A stretch of 33,359 nucleotides of DNA, from positions 1-33,359 of the forward strand of contig CBDDTI010000307.1 of assembly GCA_965233585.1 (NCBI GenBank), read 5' to 3'. The DNA is from a bacterium. GTDB lineage: Bacteria > SAR324 > NAC60-12. Position numbers and translations under genes: made by a program. The notes below the pieces were generated by a model. That model saw only the letters and a program-made list of their open reading frames with translations, ran no database searches and was not told the DNA's origin. This document shows positions 12,541 through 22,800 of the stretch, piece by piece (positions within the stretch are counted from its first letter, which is position 1; every line of letters starts with the position of its first letter).

Positions 12541-15350
12541 ACCTTAGCTGCATTGAAAAAATCCTTAACTGCAGCTCCAAAATTTTAAGTTTTTTTTCCA
12601 ACTGCAGATAAGGGTTTTCAATTATTTTTTTTTTGCCGCAGTTGAAAAAAATCTGAAAATTCAGATTTTTTTTCAACTGCGGCTAAGGTTTCTGAGATCA
12701 TTTTGTTGCCGCAGTAGCGCAAAATCCTTATTCGCAGTTGAAAAAAAGTCTAAAATTTCAGAGTTTTTTTCAACTGCGGCTAAGGGTTTTAGATTATTTT
12801 TTTACCGCAGTAGAGTTCGCCATTTTTTGGGCATCCACAAAAAAACCTTAGCCGCAGTTGAAAAAAATCTGAAATTTTAGAAAAAAAATCAACTGCGGCT
12901 AAGGGTTTTAGATTTTTTTTGCCGCAGTAGCGTTGGCCATTTTTTTGGCATCCACAAAAAACCCTTAGCCCCAGTTGAAGAAAAATCTGAAATTTTAGAA
13001 AAAAAATCAACTGCGGCTAAGGTTTCTGAGATCCTTTTTTTGCCGCAGTAGCGCAAAATCCTTATTCGCAGTTGAAACAAATCTGAAATTTCAATTTTTT
13101 TTCAACTGCGGCTAAGGTTTCTGAGATCATTGATTGACAAGTGAGTGGTTGATAAAAGTTGATTTTTGAATTAAAAAACAGAAAAAAAAACGGAAAAAAA
13201 TGAAAAAAAATGGAAACTTTGGTTTGCATTTTTTCAAACCTTAGCTGCAGTGAAAATTCCTTAGCTGCAGTTGAAAAAAATTCAGAATTTTTTTCAACTG
13301 CAGTTAAGCTTAGCTGCACCTATAGGGGCTAAGATAGCCCCTAAAAGCTTAACTGCAGCTGCAAATAAGCTTTTAGGGGCTAACTTTTCAAAAAAAAGTC
13401 AAGGAAAACCTTGACTTTTTTTTGAAATCTTAGCCCCTATAGGTGCAGCTAAGCTTAACTGCAGTTGAAAAAAATTCTGAAATTTTTTGAGCTGCAGCTA
13501 AGGAATTTTCACTGCAGCTAAGGTTTGAAAAAATGGAAACCAAAGTTTCCATTTTTTTCCCTTTTTTTTTTGTTTTTTTTTTTTAAATTTCACAATCAAC
13601 TTTTATCAACCAGTCACTCAGCCACTTGTCAAGCAATGATCTCAGAAACCTTAGCTGCAGTTGAAAAAAATTCTAAAATTTTAGAATTTTTTTCAACTGC
13701 AGCTAAGGATTTTTTTTTTGAATGCCAAAAACTGCGGCAAAAAAATCTAAAACCCTTAACTGCAGCTGAAAAAAAATCTAAAATTTTAGATTTTTTTTCA
13801 ACTGCAGCTAAGGATTTTTTTTGGATTTTCAAAAACTGCGGCAAAAAAATCTAAAACCCTTAACTGCAGCTGAAAAAAAATCTAAAATTTTAGAATTTTT
13901 TTCAACTGCAGCTAAGGATTTTTTTTTGATTTTCAAAAACTGCGGCAAAAAAATCTAAAACCCTTAACTGCAGCTGAAAAAAATTCTAAAATTTTAGAAT
14001 TTTTTCAACTGCAGCTAAGGATTTTTTTTTTGGATTTTCAAAAACTGCGGCAAAAAAATCTAAAACCCTTAACTGCAGCTGAAAAAAATTCTAAAATTTT
14101 AGAATTTTTTTCAACTGCAGCTAAGGATTTTTTTTTGGATTTTCAAAAATTGCGGCAAAAAAAATAAAAACCCTTAACTGCAGCTGAAAAAAATTCTAAA
14201 ATTTTAGAATTTTTTTCAACTGCAGCTAAGGATTTTGTCCTGTTGGAGTTGGAGTTGGAGAGATCAGAGATCTTGAATTTTTTTCTTCGGCGCCTTCGGC
14301 GCCAATCTCTTTGAAAAAGAGTTTTACAAGAAAAAAGTATGCCAAAAAATTCGCGAGCGCTCCCGCGGGGGGGGGGCCGAGCCCCATTGCAAAAGTTAGC
14401 AAACAAAAGGCACAAAATCCTTAGCTGCAGTTGAAAAAAATCTAAAATTTTAGAAAATTTTTCAACTGCAGCTAAGGATTTTTTTTTTGAATGCCAAAAA
14501 CTGCGGCAAAAAAATCTAAAACCCTTAGCTGCAGTTGAAAAAAAATCTAAAATTTTAGATTTTTTTTCAACTGCAGCTAAGGATTTTTTTTTTGAATGCC
14601 AAAAACTGCGGCAAAAAAAATCTAAAACCGTTAGCTGCAGTTGAAAAAAATTCTAAAATTTTAGAATTTTTTTCAACTGCAGCTAAGGATTTTTTTTTTG
14701 GATGCCAAAAACTGCGGCAAAAAAATCTAAAACCCTTAACCGCAGTTGAAAAAAATCTAAAATTTTAGAAAATTTTTCAACTGCGGCTAAGGATTTTGTC
14801 CTGTTGGAGTTGGAGTTGGAGAGATCAGAGATCTTAAATTTTTTTCTTCGGCGCCTTCGGCGCCAATCTCTTTGAAAAAGAGTTTTACAAGAAAAAAATA
14901 TGCCAAAAATTTCGCGAGCGCTCCCGCGGGGGGGGCCGACCCCCATTGCAAAAGTTAGCAAACAAAAGGCACAAAATCCTTAGCTGCAGTTGAAAAAAAA
15001 TCTAAAATTTTAGAATTTTTTTCAACTGCGGCTAAGGATTTTGTGCCAAAAAAATATCTAAAACGTTTAACCGCAGTTGAAAAAAAATCTAAAATTTTAG
15101 AATTTTTTTCAACTGCGGCTAAGGATTTTGAGATCTAAATATTGTTTTTCTTCGGCGCCTTCGGCGCCAATCTGATTGAAAAAGAATTTGACAACCAACA
15201 AAAATAAAATATATGCCAAAAATTTCGCGAGCGCTCCCGCGGGGGGGCCCGACCCCCATTGCAAAAGTTAGCGAAAAAATGATCCGAAACCCTTATCTCA
15301 AGTTGAAAAAAAACCAGAAATTTTAGATTTTTTTCAACTGCGAATAAGGA
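12541..15350. repeat. Array of ~20 AT-rich ~60-bp palindromes, bilaterally symmetric about ~13380
   Basis: For example, 13649-13708 (ccttagctgcagttgaaaaaaattctaaaattttagaatttttttcaactgcagctaagg) is a perfect palindrome. Period is ~104 bp on the right and ~117 bp on the left, and spacers switch orientation across the centre. Confidence 0.92.
13060..13708. other. Long inverted repeat closing on two internal hairpins (Y/T-shaped fold)
   Basis: Arm ~13060-13334 pairs with 13428-~13708. Ear 1: 13335-13351/13366-13382 (17 bp). Ear 2: 13386-13404/13409-13427 (19 bp, AAAA loop). Confidence 0.9.
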
Positions 15351-15425
15351 TTTTGTGCCTGTTGGAGTTGGAGCTGGAGGTGAGAGATCTACATATTTTT
15401 CTTCGGCGCCTTCGGCGCCAATCTT
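14232..15425. repeat. ~185-bp GC-containing unit interleaved with the palindromes (2 full and 2 partial copies)
   Basis: ttcttcggcgccttcggcgccaatc occurs 4 times (near 14283, 14844, 15148, 15399). cgcgagcgctcccgcgggggggg occurs 3 times. Confidence 0.85.
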
Positions 15426-16924
15426 TCTTAACCCTAATTCTAAACTTAAGCTGAAACTCTATGATTTTTTGTTGTTTTTGTTTCTGTCTCTATGGAGTTT
15501 GTGTGACAATGTGTGAATTGTAGCGAAAAGGGGGGGGGCAGGGCGGCCTGCCGATGCACCAGGTCTTCTGACGTCTTCACCCAAAAATGATTTGTCATTG
15601 AGTTCAGGCACCAGGGATGTAGTGCAGCACTGCATGATCTGTAAGTAATCATCATTTGTAACGAAAAGAACAGAGTTGTGTAGTAAGTTGTAAGTTTCTT
15701 CAATCAGCTCGACTGTCACCATTCATCCAGCACTTAATAATTTAATGCACTTTTCACTCACTGCTAACTGCTAGCAGCTAGCCTGTAGTGAGTAGAGTAG
15801 TGTGTGTGTGTAGCCTGTAGACTGTGACTGTAGCCTGTAGTCTTTAGTCTGTAGTACGTAGTAGCCTCAGTGATTTTTGCCAGAACAGAATATTGAACAG
15901 AACGCTCCATTTCCGTTGATGCCATCATCATGTCATCAGGCTGATCAGACCAGCAGAACTCGGAAGCGGCGATGGGATCGCCACAAAGACAAAGACCACC
16001 ACCACCATTGATCAGGATCTGACAATAAAATCGACAAGTACATGAAGTTCAAATGAGCAAAGCACCCGGTGAATCTTTGAGCTGTGAGAGCCAGCAGAAC
16101 ATTGGTGCATGCTGTGCCACGGTGCCACTGGCCACGACTAGGGGGGGCTCTTGGAACTTTGGACTACGCCGCTACGGTACGGTAATGACATTTAAGTCCA
16201 GACCACAACTATATATGTTTTGATTTAAATGTCGTTACTGTAGAGTCACTGTAGACACTGTAGAGTAGAGTCGGCGAGTCGAAATCCTTGTTTTGAGTTT
16301 GAGGCTTGGGGGTAGGCTGCTGTAGGAGTAGGAGGTACCGTACTCCGTTCAACTGTCACTGTCAGAGCTCCAGGCTCCAGCTTGGAGCTGCAGACTGCAG
16401 AATCCAGGTCTATTGCCATTTCCACTGGGGGATCACCAATCACCGAGCAAAAAATGAACTTCATTCACAAATCACAAAAAATGAAAAACATAGTCATAGT
16501 CAGAGTCAGAGTCATAACAATAGAAACCAGGGCTCTTGAAGAGAGCTGTGAGCCGTGAGCCCGTGAGCCTGTGAGCTTTTCTCTGACCTTAAATTTCAAT
16601 GCCCGAAGCCATAGCCATAGACTGCTTCGGAACTTCCCGCCGACCGAAGGGTTCAAAAAAAGTATGCGTGGCCGTGGGCCGTGGCTGTGCGACCCTTCTA
16701 TACCATGATTAGAGGTAAGTTAAGTTACCATCTTTATCGTGCATAAGGTACCATCTTTATCGTGCATAAGGGCGCATCTATACCATAGCAAGCTGTTCAA
16801 TAACTAGAGGGTACAGTAACGGGCCCCTAATTCTTTTACTTTGCAGGTTCTTGCACAACATGCCCACCACCACCTTTAAGGGTGGCAAGTTGGATGGCCA
16901 TTGCATAAATGGAGAGTGCATGGT

Positions 16925-17230
16925 AAGTAAGTGCAGTGCATTTGGTCGCTACGGAGAGGAGAGGTAAGCGCATGTGCTTTTTTATTCCGTGTCCTACTAC
17001 CTACCATGCATGCCCCCCCGGGGGGGGATGGCATTTGGTGTTACGGAGAGTGCAGAGGCAAGTGCAGTGCCTCATTTGTTTTTTCCGCCTCTCACTACCA
17101 TGCATGCCGCATCCCCCCGGGGTAAGAGATGGCATTTGGTGCTGCGGAGCGTGCAGAGGCAAGTGCAGTGCTGCAGTGCGTAATTTTTTTCTGTGTGGGC
17201 ATTTGGTCGCTATGGAGAATGCATGAGGCA
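16925..17230. repeat. Tandem repeat, ~95-105-bp unit
   Basis: gcatttggt(cgc/gt/gc)t(a/g)cggag occurs 4 times, with gcagaggcaagtgcagtgc and ctaccatgcatgcc..ccccccgggg each repeated. Confidence 0.75.
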
Positions 17231-17249
17231 GTGGAAGCAATGCTCGTGA

Positions 17250-18500
17250 TCTTGTGGGTCGTTGTCTTGATTTGAGGCAAGCTTACAAACAGTTGGTGCC
17301 GTCATCCAAAACACGCGTGGGCATCCATTCTGGCGGTTGTCAACCCTGAAGACTAAGACGGGGTTGTGTATTTCTTTGAGGCAGTTGCGCCGCCTTTTGG
17401 CTCGATCAGCTCTGTCCTTGCTTTCAACAGAGCAGCAAGGGCCCTTAGGATGATACTTGCTCGTCTCTTTAAGTTGGTGGGTGGTGACGATTTTTTTCGA
17501 TGACTTTTGTCGACTGGAGTTAAGCCCGCTTGCTGGAGGTGCTTGGAAGGTAGCAGAAGCAGTTTTGGAGTTGCTTGGATGGCGCATATCGATGGGTGAC
17601 GACAAGAGGAAACCATTTGCCAAGTCGTTTGAAATTTTAGGTGCAGTCATCTCTTTGCCAGCCGCAGGGGAGTCGACAATTGAGGTGACCAACAAGGAGT
17701 CGAGACTGGCTCAGCTGCATGAGCAGGTTTCTAGGTTGAAGGCCTTGAAAGGCCTCAGTGCGCAAAGATCGAAACTGGAATCACTTAAAGGTCGCCTTCT
17801 TTACGCTGCTGGTCATACCTATGGCCGATGCACGCAGCTAGCATGCCAGTTGTTACATAAGTTTGGTGGCGAAGGCCCCGCTCTGAAAGTTTCTGCAGAA
17901 CTGATCCATGTGGTGACAGAGGCCCTGGACTTGCTTGTGAACGCAAAGCCCCGTTTGGTACAAGCATGGTCCCAATGTCCACCCGTTTTGATTTTTACAG
18001 ATGGAGCTGAGCTGTGGACGAATCTCTTGAGAAGGTAACGCACGGGGCAGTTCTGGTCGATCCGTGGAAGGGTCGCAGCTTTTTCTTTGGTGACTTTGTG
18101 CCCCCCGAGTTTGTCAGTTTGTGGACCAGAGCTGGAAAAAAGCAAGTGATAGCTCAAGCGGAAATTTTCCCGGTTGTCATTTCAAAGGCAACCTGGGGAG
18201 AGCTCTTGCGAGGGCGCAATGTCCTCCGGTTTTTGGACAATGAGTCGGCACGGATGGCGCTGGTGCGAAACTTCTCACCGGTCTTGGACCAATGGATAGT
18301 TTCTTTCTTTTACAGATGAACTCAAAGTTAGATGTACACATGTACAAGCCAGACATTGGTACAGCCGAGTGCCTTCTCGAAGCAACCCGTCTGATGACGC
18401 TTCGAGGTTGCTGTTTTCTGGGTACAAGAACTCTGCAGTGCAGTGCGCTCCAATTTTTGAGTCAGCACTGAAATCACTTGAAGATTCCTGGAAGCTGTTG
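17250..18500 (+). pseudogene. DIRS-group reverse transcriptase-RNase H fragment, multiply frameshifted
   Basis: Motifs across frames: GRCLDLRQAYKQL (~17257-17295), PFGSISSVLAFNR, FFDDF, LESLKGRL, VLIFTDGA, QVIAQAEIFPV, FLDNESA, WYSRVPSRSNPSDDASR. Confidence 0.9.
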
Positions 18501-18514
18501 GAAATGATCAAATT

Positions 18515-19480
18515 GGGGAGGTAGGCAGCTACCAAAAATCGATCTCTGGAAAACCACCTTTTATTTCTGGTTTGGTCGAAGGACCATGGATGCTTCAGTG
18601 CATTTTTTCCTGGGAACCCATTGCGTTGCGGCTTCGTTGGTTTCTCAGGCAGTTGGTCAAAGCAATCAACGCAGTCCAATTTTTTTTGGTGGTGATCGAG
18701 TGGGTGCACTCTTCGGAACTTCCCCTATTATTCAAGCAGGAGAAAAAGCAAACATTATTATCAAGCGCGCTTGTGCTGAAGCCGTCTCACGTCGTCGTTG
18801 TGTGTTTTTTGCAGTTTTTAATTTTGCGTAAGTTTTGTAAGCGCGCGTAACCCCACAAAACGCGATAATGGCAATTTCACCAAAGGTGATGTTGCTTTAT
18901 CGAAAGAAAAGTGGGTTAAACAATGTTTTGGATTAAGTCATTAAGTTCCAAAGCCTTTGTAATGCGCGCTTACAACCAAACAAACAATGCGTTTGTTTCC
19001 TGTTTTTTGTTTGGTAAAGTTTCCAAAGTGGGTGAGGGCTCACCGCCGGTTTGTTTTGTTTCACAACCTTGGTTTGTTGAGTTGCTACTGAGGTAACAGG
19101 TCAAGGTTGTTTAGCTCCTTTTTTGGAGGTTGTAAATTTTAACCTCTGTGAGCTTATTTTCAAAACAAACCTCAAGTTGTTTTCCCTAGTTGTGTCTAGG
19201 GTTCTTCTGTTTCCTACTTCAAAACCTCAGGTTTTGTTTTGAAGTTTATGTCCCGCGCTCGCCTCAAGCAAGGGTGGGTAGTGGGTGCAACATTTTCCAC
19301 CTAGTTAGGAACTCGCGACCCGCCCAAATCCCACCCCGCGAGTAGGGGAGGTAGGGAGCTACCAAAAATCGATGTCTGGAAAACTACCTTTTATTTCTGG
19401 TTTGGTCCCTCGGATGCTTCAGTGCATTTTTTCTGGGAACCCATTGCATTGCGGCTTCGTTGGTTTCTCAGGCAGTTGGT
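18515..19480 (+). repeat. Split direct repeat (18515-18657, 19345-19480) ending the YR retrotransposon fragment
   Basis: Two ~140-bp near-identical copies (ggggaggtagg...tttctcaggcagttggt) directly downstream of RNase H. The second copy abuts a TA-rich tract. Confidence 0.85.
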
Positions 19481-19789
19481 TACATATCATACAATATAAT
19501 ATAATAACTAAATACATATATATATATATTATGTAGTACATTAAGTCATTACGTTATATATATATAATTTCACATTGTCACATTGACATTGACATAGTCA
19601 GCCATTGCCAAGCTTTGGGTAATACTGCGCTGCTTGACTGCTTGGCAGTATTTATAGGATGGCGACCAGGGCCCAGACTCACAGACTTATGTCAAAAAGC
19701 ATCCTTTGGGAAACATTTCAGTGAAGTTTCCAGCTTTCCCAATGTCTACCAGTGTACGATTGAGAATTCAACTCAGCTAAGAAGAATTC

Positions 19790-20195
19790 CAACTTTGACA
19801 ATGTGACACAACATTGACAACTTTGATATTTTTATGTTATTTCTGGCCAAAGTAGATGGGAAAACAGCTGAAAAACACAAGTTTTTCAATGTAATTTGCA
19901 TGTTTTGTTGATACATGTGAGGAAATCCACACAAGGGGAACTTTAAAAGTGACAACATGGACAACTTTGATATTTTTATGTTATTTCTGCCCAAGTAGGT
20001 GTGAAAACAGCTGAAAAACACAGTTTTTCAATGTAACTTGCATATTTTTTAATACATTTGAGGAAATCAACACAAGGGGAAGTTTAAAAAATCAGTGAAT
20101 TTTAGTTAATTTCTGTCCAAGTAGGTGTTAAAAAAGCTTAAAAACACCTTTTTTTGGTGTATTTTTCACATTTTTTGAAGAAATCCACACAAGAG
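19790..20195. repeat. Subterminal tandem repeat, ~125-145-bp unit, 3 copies
   Basis: Recurring atttctg(g/c/t)ccaa..aaaacagctgaaaaacac..gaggaaatccacacaagggga. Confidence 0.8.
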
Positions 20196-20401
20196 ACTCA
20201 ACTGCAGAAAAAGTGGTGTCACATCCCAAGCCATTCTGAAGTGGAACAGCCTTAACTACAGTTGCCAATCCTTAACTGCAGTTGAAAAAAATTCTCCAGC
20301 TAAAAAACCTTGAATTCTGAAATTTAGCAGGTAGCAATGGAAGCTTTTTGGATCTAGCTAGACGAATTGTTGCGTTTCCACTCTTTTTGGGAATCTTCCG
20401 A

Positions 20402-20707
20402 ATGGAAGAACTCCTGGTGTTTTTGATGATGGTCTTCCTTGGTGGTTGGCTGTCTGGAGTTTTCACCTGTTGGCTGTTTGCCAAGATGAGGAAGATGTTT
20501 TTTGTTCCTTTGAAACCACAAACGGATGTGATGATTCAGACTGATCCGTTTGTCGCACCCGGAGTGTGTGACCTTGCTGTTTTTCCCACGGGAGCTAAGT
20601 ATCATCTCCCGGGATGTAGACATGTACAGAGAAGGCCAAGAAATGCCACGCTTTTAGGGCCTTGTATGGACTGTTTTGAGTTTCAGCTGAAGTCACGCAA
20701 CGCGTAA
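20402..20707 (+). CDS. Small (101 aa) protein with an N-terminal hydrophobic helix and a C-terminal His/Cys metal-binding motif, in the 3' internal region of the LTR element
   Basis: Read from ATG 20402 within ORF 20348-20707: LLVFLMMVFLGGWLSGVFTCWLF followed by AKMRK, then GAKYHLPGCRHV...PCMDC. No internal stops. Confidence 0.6.
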   Translation: MEELLVFLMMVFLGGWLSGVFTCWLFAKMRKMFFVPLKPQTDVMIQTDPFVAPGVCDLAVFPTGAKYHLPGCRHVQRRPRNATLLGPCMDCFEFQLKSRNA

Positions 20708-20841
20708 CCATGCTAACTTGAGGGTAAGGAAGTGTTTGATCCTGGCGGGTCTTCTTAGGGGTGCTGGTAGGGGGTTGAAACAGTTTAAGCTCTGTATGGG
20801 TATCCGTTCGAGCGACGCCATGGATTGACGAAGCTTCCCTC

Positions 20842-20850
20842 GAAAGGGGG
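20842..20850 (+). promoter_or_regulatory. Polypurine tract
   Basis: GAAAGGGGG lies immediately before the TG of the 3' LTR and fixes the element orientation as +. Confidence 0.8.
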
Positions 20851-22128
20851 TGTGGAAATATCCAGTATTTGTGGCTGGTGAGCGAGGAAAGCTTCTGGCT
20901 TTGTGCATATTTGGATAAACGAGCTGAAGTGGTACAGTGTGCGAGTTCTGCTTTGGTGGGGCGTGCATATTCTGCTTTGGAGAATTCAATGCTGGCATTC
21001 TTTGAGGAAGCAATTTGGAATTCGTGACTCCGGTCACCGGAAGAATGCTCGGGTGAGACTACATCAATTGGCCCGACCAATTGAGGTAGTGTCATCTTAG
21101 TGTTCAGGATTGTGTTCGGATATTGCATTGATATAACATTCGTGGATGCGGTGAGACTGTTATCTGTTGGGATCTGTTTTATGGTAACCATGAATATTTG
21201 TAAATAGATGCGAAGCCTGGAGCACTTTTCGGACATGTCCTGATGACACTGAAGAGTTCAGGATTGAGCTGTGAAGTTTGCATGCATTTGGAATCAATCT
21301 GAATTGAGGACGTTTGAATGCATGAGTGCATTTGAAGTAATTCAAGAATGTGGACATTTGAATGCAAGTGGAATCGTATGCATAGAAAGTGTTTATGAAT
21401 TCAAAGAACCTGGAATGGAGTTTCCAGAAACCCACAGAATTTTTCAGCGAAAGTTGCGTTCTGTGAACTTTACTTTTGTAGGAAACTTTCATAGAAAGTT
21501 TCCGGACTGTGGTGAACCAATTTGAACTTTGAACTTTGGACTGAACTGAGTTTAGAGTGGCTGCTTGTTAGTAGCTGTGTGTGTAACTGTGAATAGTCGA
21601 CTTGTGGTTGGAGTTTTTGTTGGCTGACAGGTTAACATCGAGACGGTGGTTGCCGATGTCCCTCAATGATGACAACAGACCGAGCACCCGTCATCATGGT
21701 GAGATGACAAAATGGGTTGCCGGTCGTCTGAGGGGGGCATCAGCGACCGCAGTGTCGATGTTGCCTGTCTCTGGTTAGTGGAAGAAAGTTTTTGAGAGAA
21801 AGATCTTCGGATCTTGAATGTTTAAACAATTGTTGCAGTCGAGCTGTATGGTTGATGTTGGCTCAAAGCCAAGGAAACTGCAATGAAGTAGTCTAAGACA
21901 GTCACGTGGTTTAGTCCAGCTTGTTTTGCTTTGGTTCGTGTTTTGCTACCGCACCTCTGAGTGAGTGTCCAAAAGGGTTGAGCTGTTCCGAACCTGAGAG
22001 CTTGTGTGGGAACCGCGTTTTTTGCGTAAGCTTCGCTTTGCGTAGGTTGTAGGAACTGCATCTAGGTGTAGGTCCTGGGATTTACGTAGAAAGGATTTTT
22101 AAACCAACTTGGGTTTAAATTTTCCGCA
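20851..22128 (+). repeat. 3' LTR (1278 bp)
   Basis: Near-identical to 4020-5298 and followed by the CATAC TSD. Confidence 0.95.
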
Positions 22129-22133
22129 CATAC

Positions 22134-22290
22134 AGCAGAGTAAGGGATCTTTACAAAGAATTCCTGGCCCAAGGCCGATTAGGTCGAGAGAGCACCCTGA
22201 TTCCCTTGGCTCACTAAGAAACTACAGCAAGCCGCACAGGGCACAGCGTTTGCAAATAAAACTTGGGAGTTGGCCGACTTGGCCCACATT
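22134..22290 (+). pseudogene. Continuation of the interrupted C5-MTase-like ORF from 3714-4019
   Basis: Removing the LTR element gives ...PPCSTY|SRVR..., then with frameshifts PGPRPIRSREHP and QGTAFANKTWELADLAH. This parallels PKPLRSAQKP...ANQIYAATARI in ORF 30358. Confidence 0.75.
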
Positions 22291-22475
22291 GGGTGGTTGG
22301 AATTTAGTTTGCGGGTGCAGGAAGAGGCGTTGTTCCCGTGCGGTTGAATCAGACATCACGAGGAAAGTGACACGCTCAAATGAAACAAGCGACAATGACA
22401 TCCGCCCTGATGCGTTCCTCAAAGCATTAGCCACCCCGGGAGCCGAAACTGCGCCACCACAAACTGGATCACTGG

Positions 22476-22800
22476 CACGTCAAGGCAGATGGTGCACCAG
22501 GTGCAGGAGTCGGTCAACAAGGCAATCGGTGAAGGAGTTCCGAGCTATGATGAATCAGAGCTTATGAAGGACTTTGCATGTTACCTCACAACCAAGGGGA
22601 GGTCGCCAGGAGAATGCAGTGTGGAAGCAGGTTGATGGCAACTACCTGATTGGTGACAAATGGCCAACCTTGGGAGAAGATGTCTCGAAGCGGAGATCTG
22701 GGCGGATCAGAGCGAACCAGGTTGTGGAGGCAGCATTGGAAGAGCAGCCCACTGACTCGGTTGTGACCGAAGAGATCGTGCAGCCCAAAGTTGCATTCAA
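22476..22800 (+). pseudogene. Post-catalytic C-terminal segment of the YR gene, inverted relative to the rest
   Basis: Reads TSRQMVHQVQESVNKAIGEGVPSYDESELMKDFACYL, a plausible continuation of ...HQSADY, which ends at 23184 on the minus strand. Confidence 0.55.

Larger units (their letters stand above)
6262..20329. mobile_element. 14,068-bp terminal-inverted-repeat DNA element with 8-bp TSD; superfamily unassigned, no transposase recognised
   Basis: TIRs at 6262-6330 and 20250-20329 (TGCTAAATTTCAGAATTCAAG...CAACTGCAGTTAAGGATTGGCAACTG[C/T]AGTTAAGG). GGTAGCAA at 6254-6261 and 20330-20337. Confidence 0.9.
4020..22128 (+). mobile_element. Non-autonomous LTR retrotransposon (~4 kb of own sequence) inflated to 18.1 kb by a nested TIR element
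   Basis: Two near-identical LTRs; CATAC at 4015-4019 and 22129-22133; polypurine tract before the right LTR; the interrupted ORF resumes after 22133. Confidence 0.92.

Noticed and set aside
13649..14792. Regularly spaced palindromic repeats resembling a CRISPR array
   Set aside because: The spacers are near-identical to each other, the repeats are ~60 bp, there are no cas genes, and the context is eukaryotic.
12407..14961. Many Lys/Phe-rich ORFs on both strands
   Set aside because: They are translations of the A/T-tract palindrome array.
4020..22128. 1.28-kb duplication as an assembly artefact or segmental duplication
   Set aside because: TG..CA ends, PPT, a 5-bp TSD, a restored interrupted ORF and several sequence differences support genuine LTRs.
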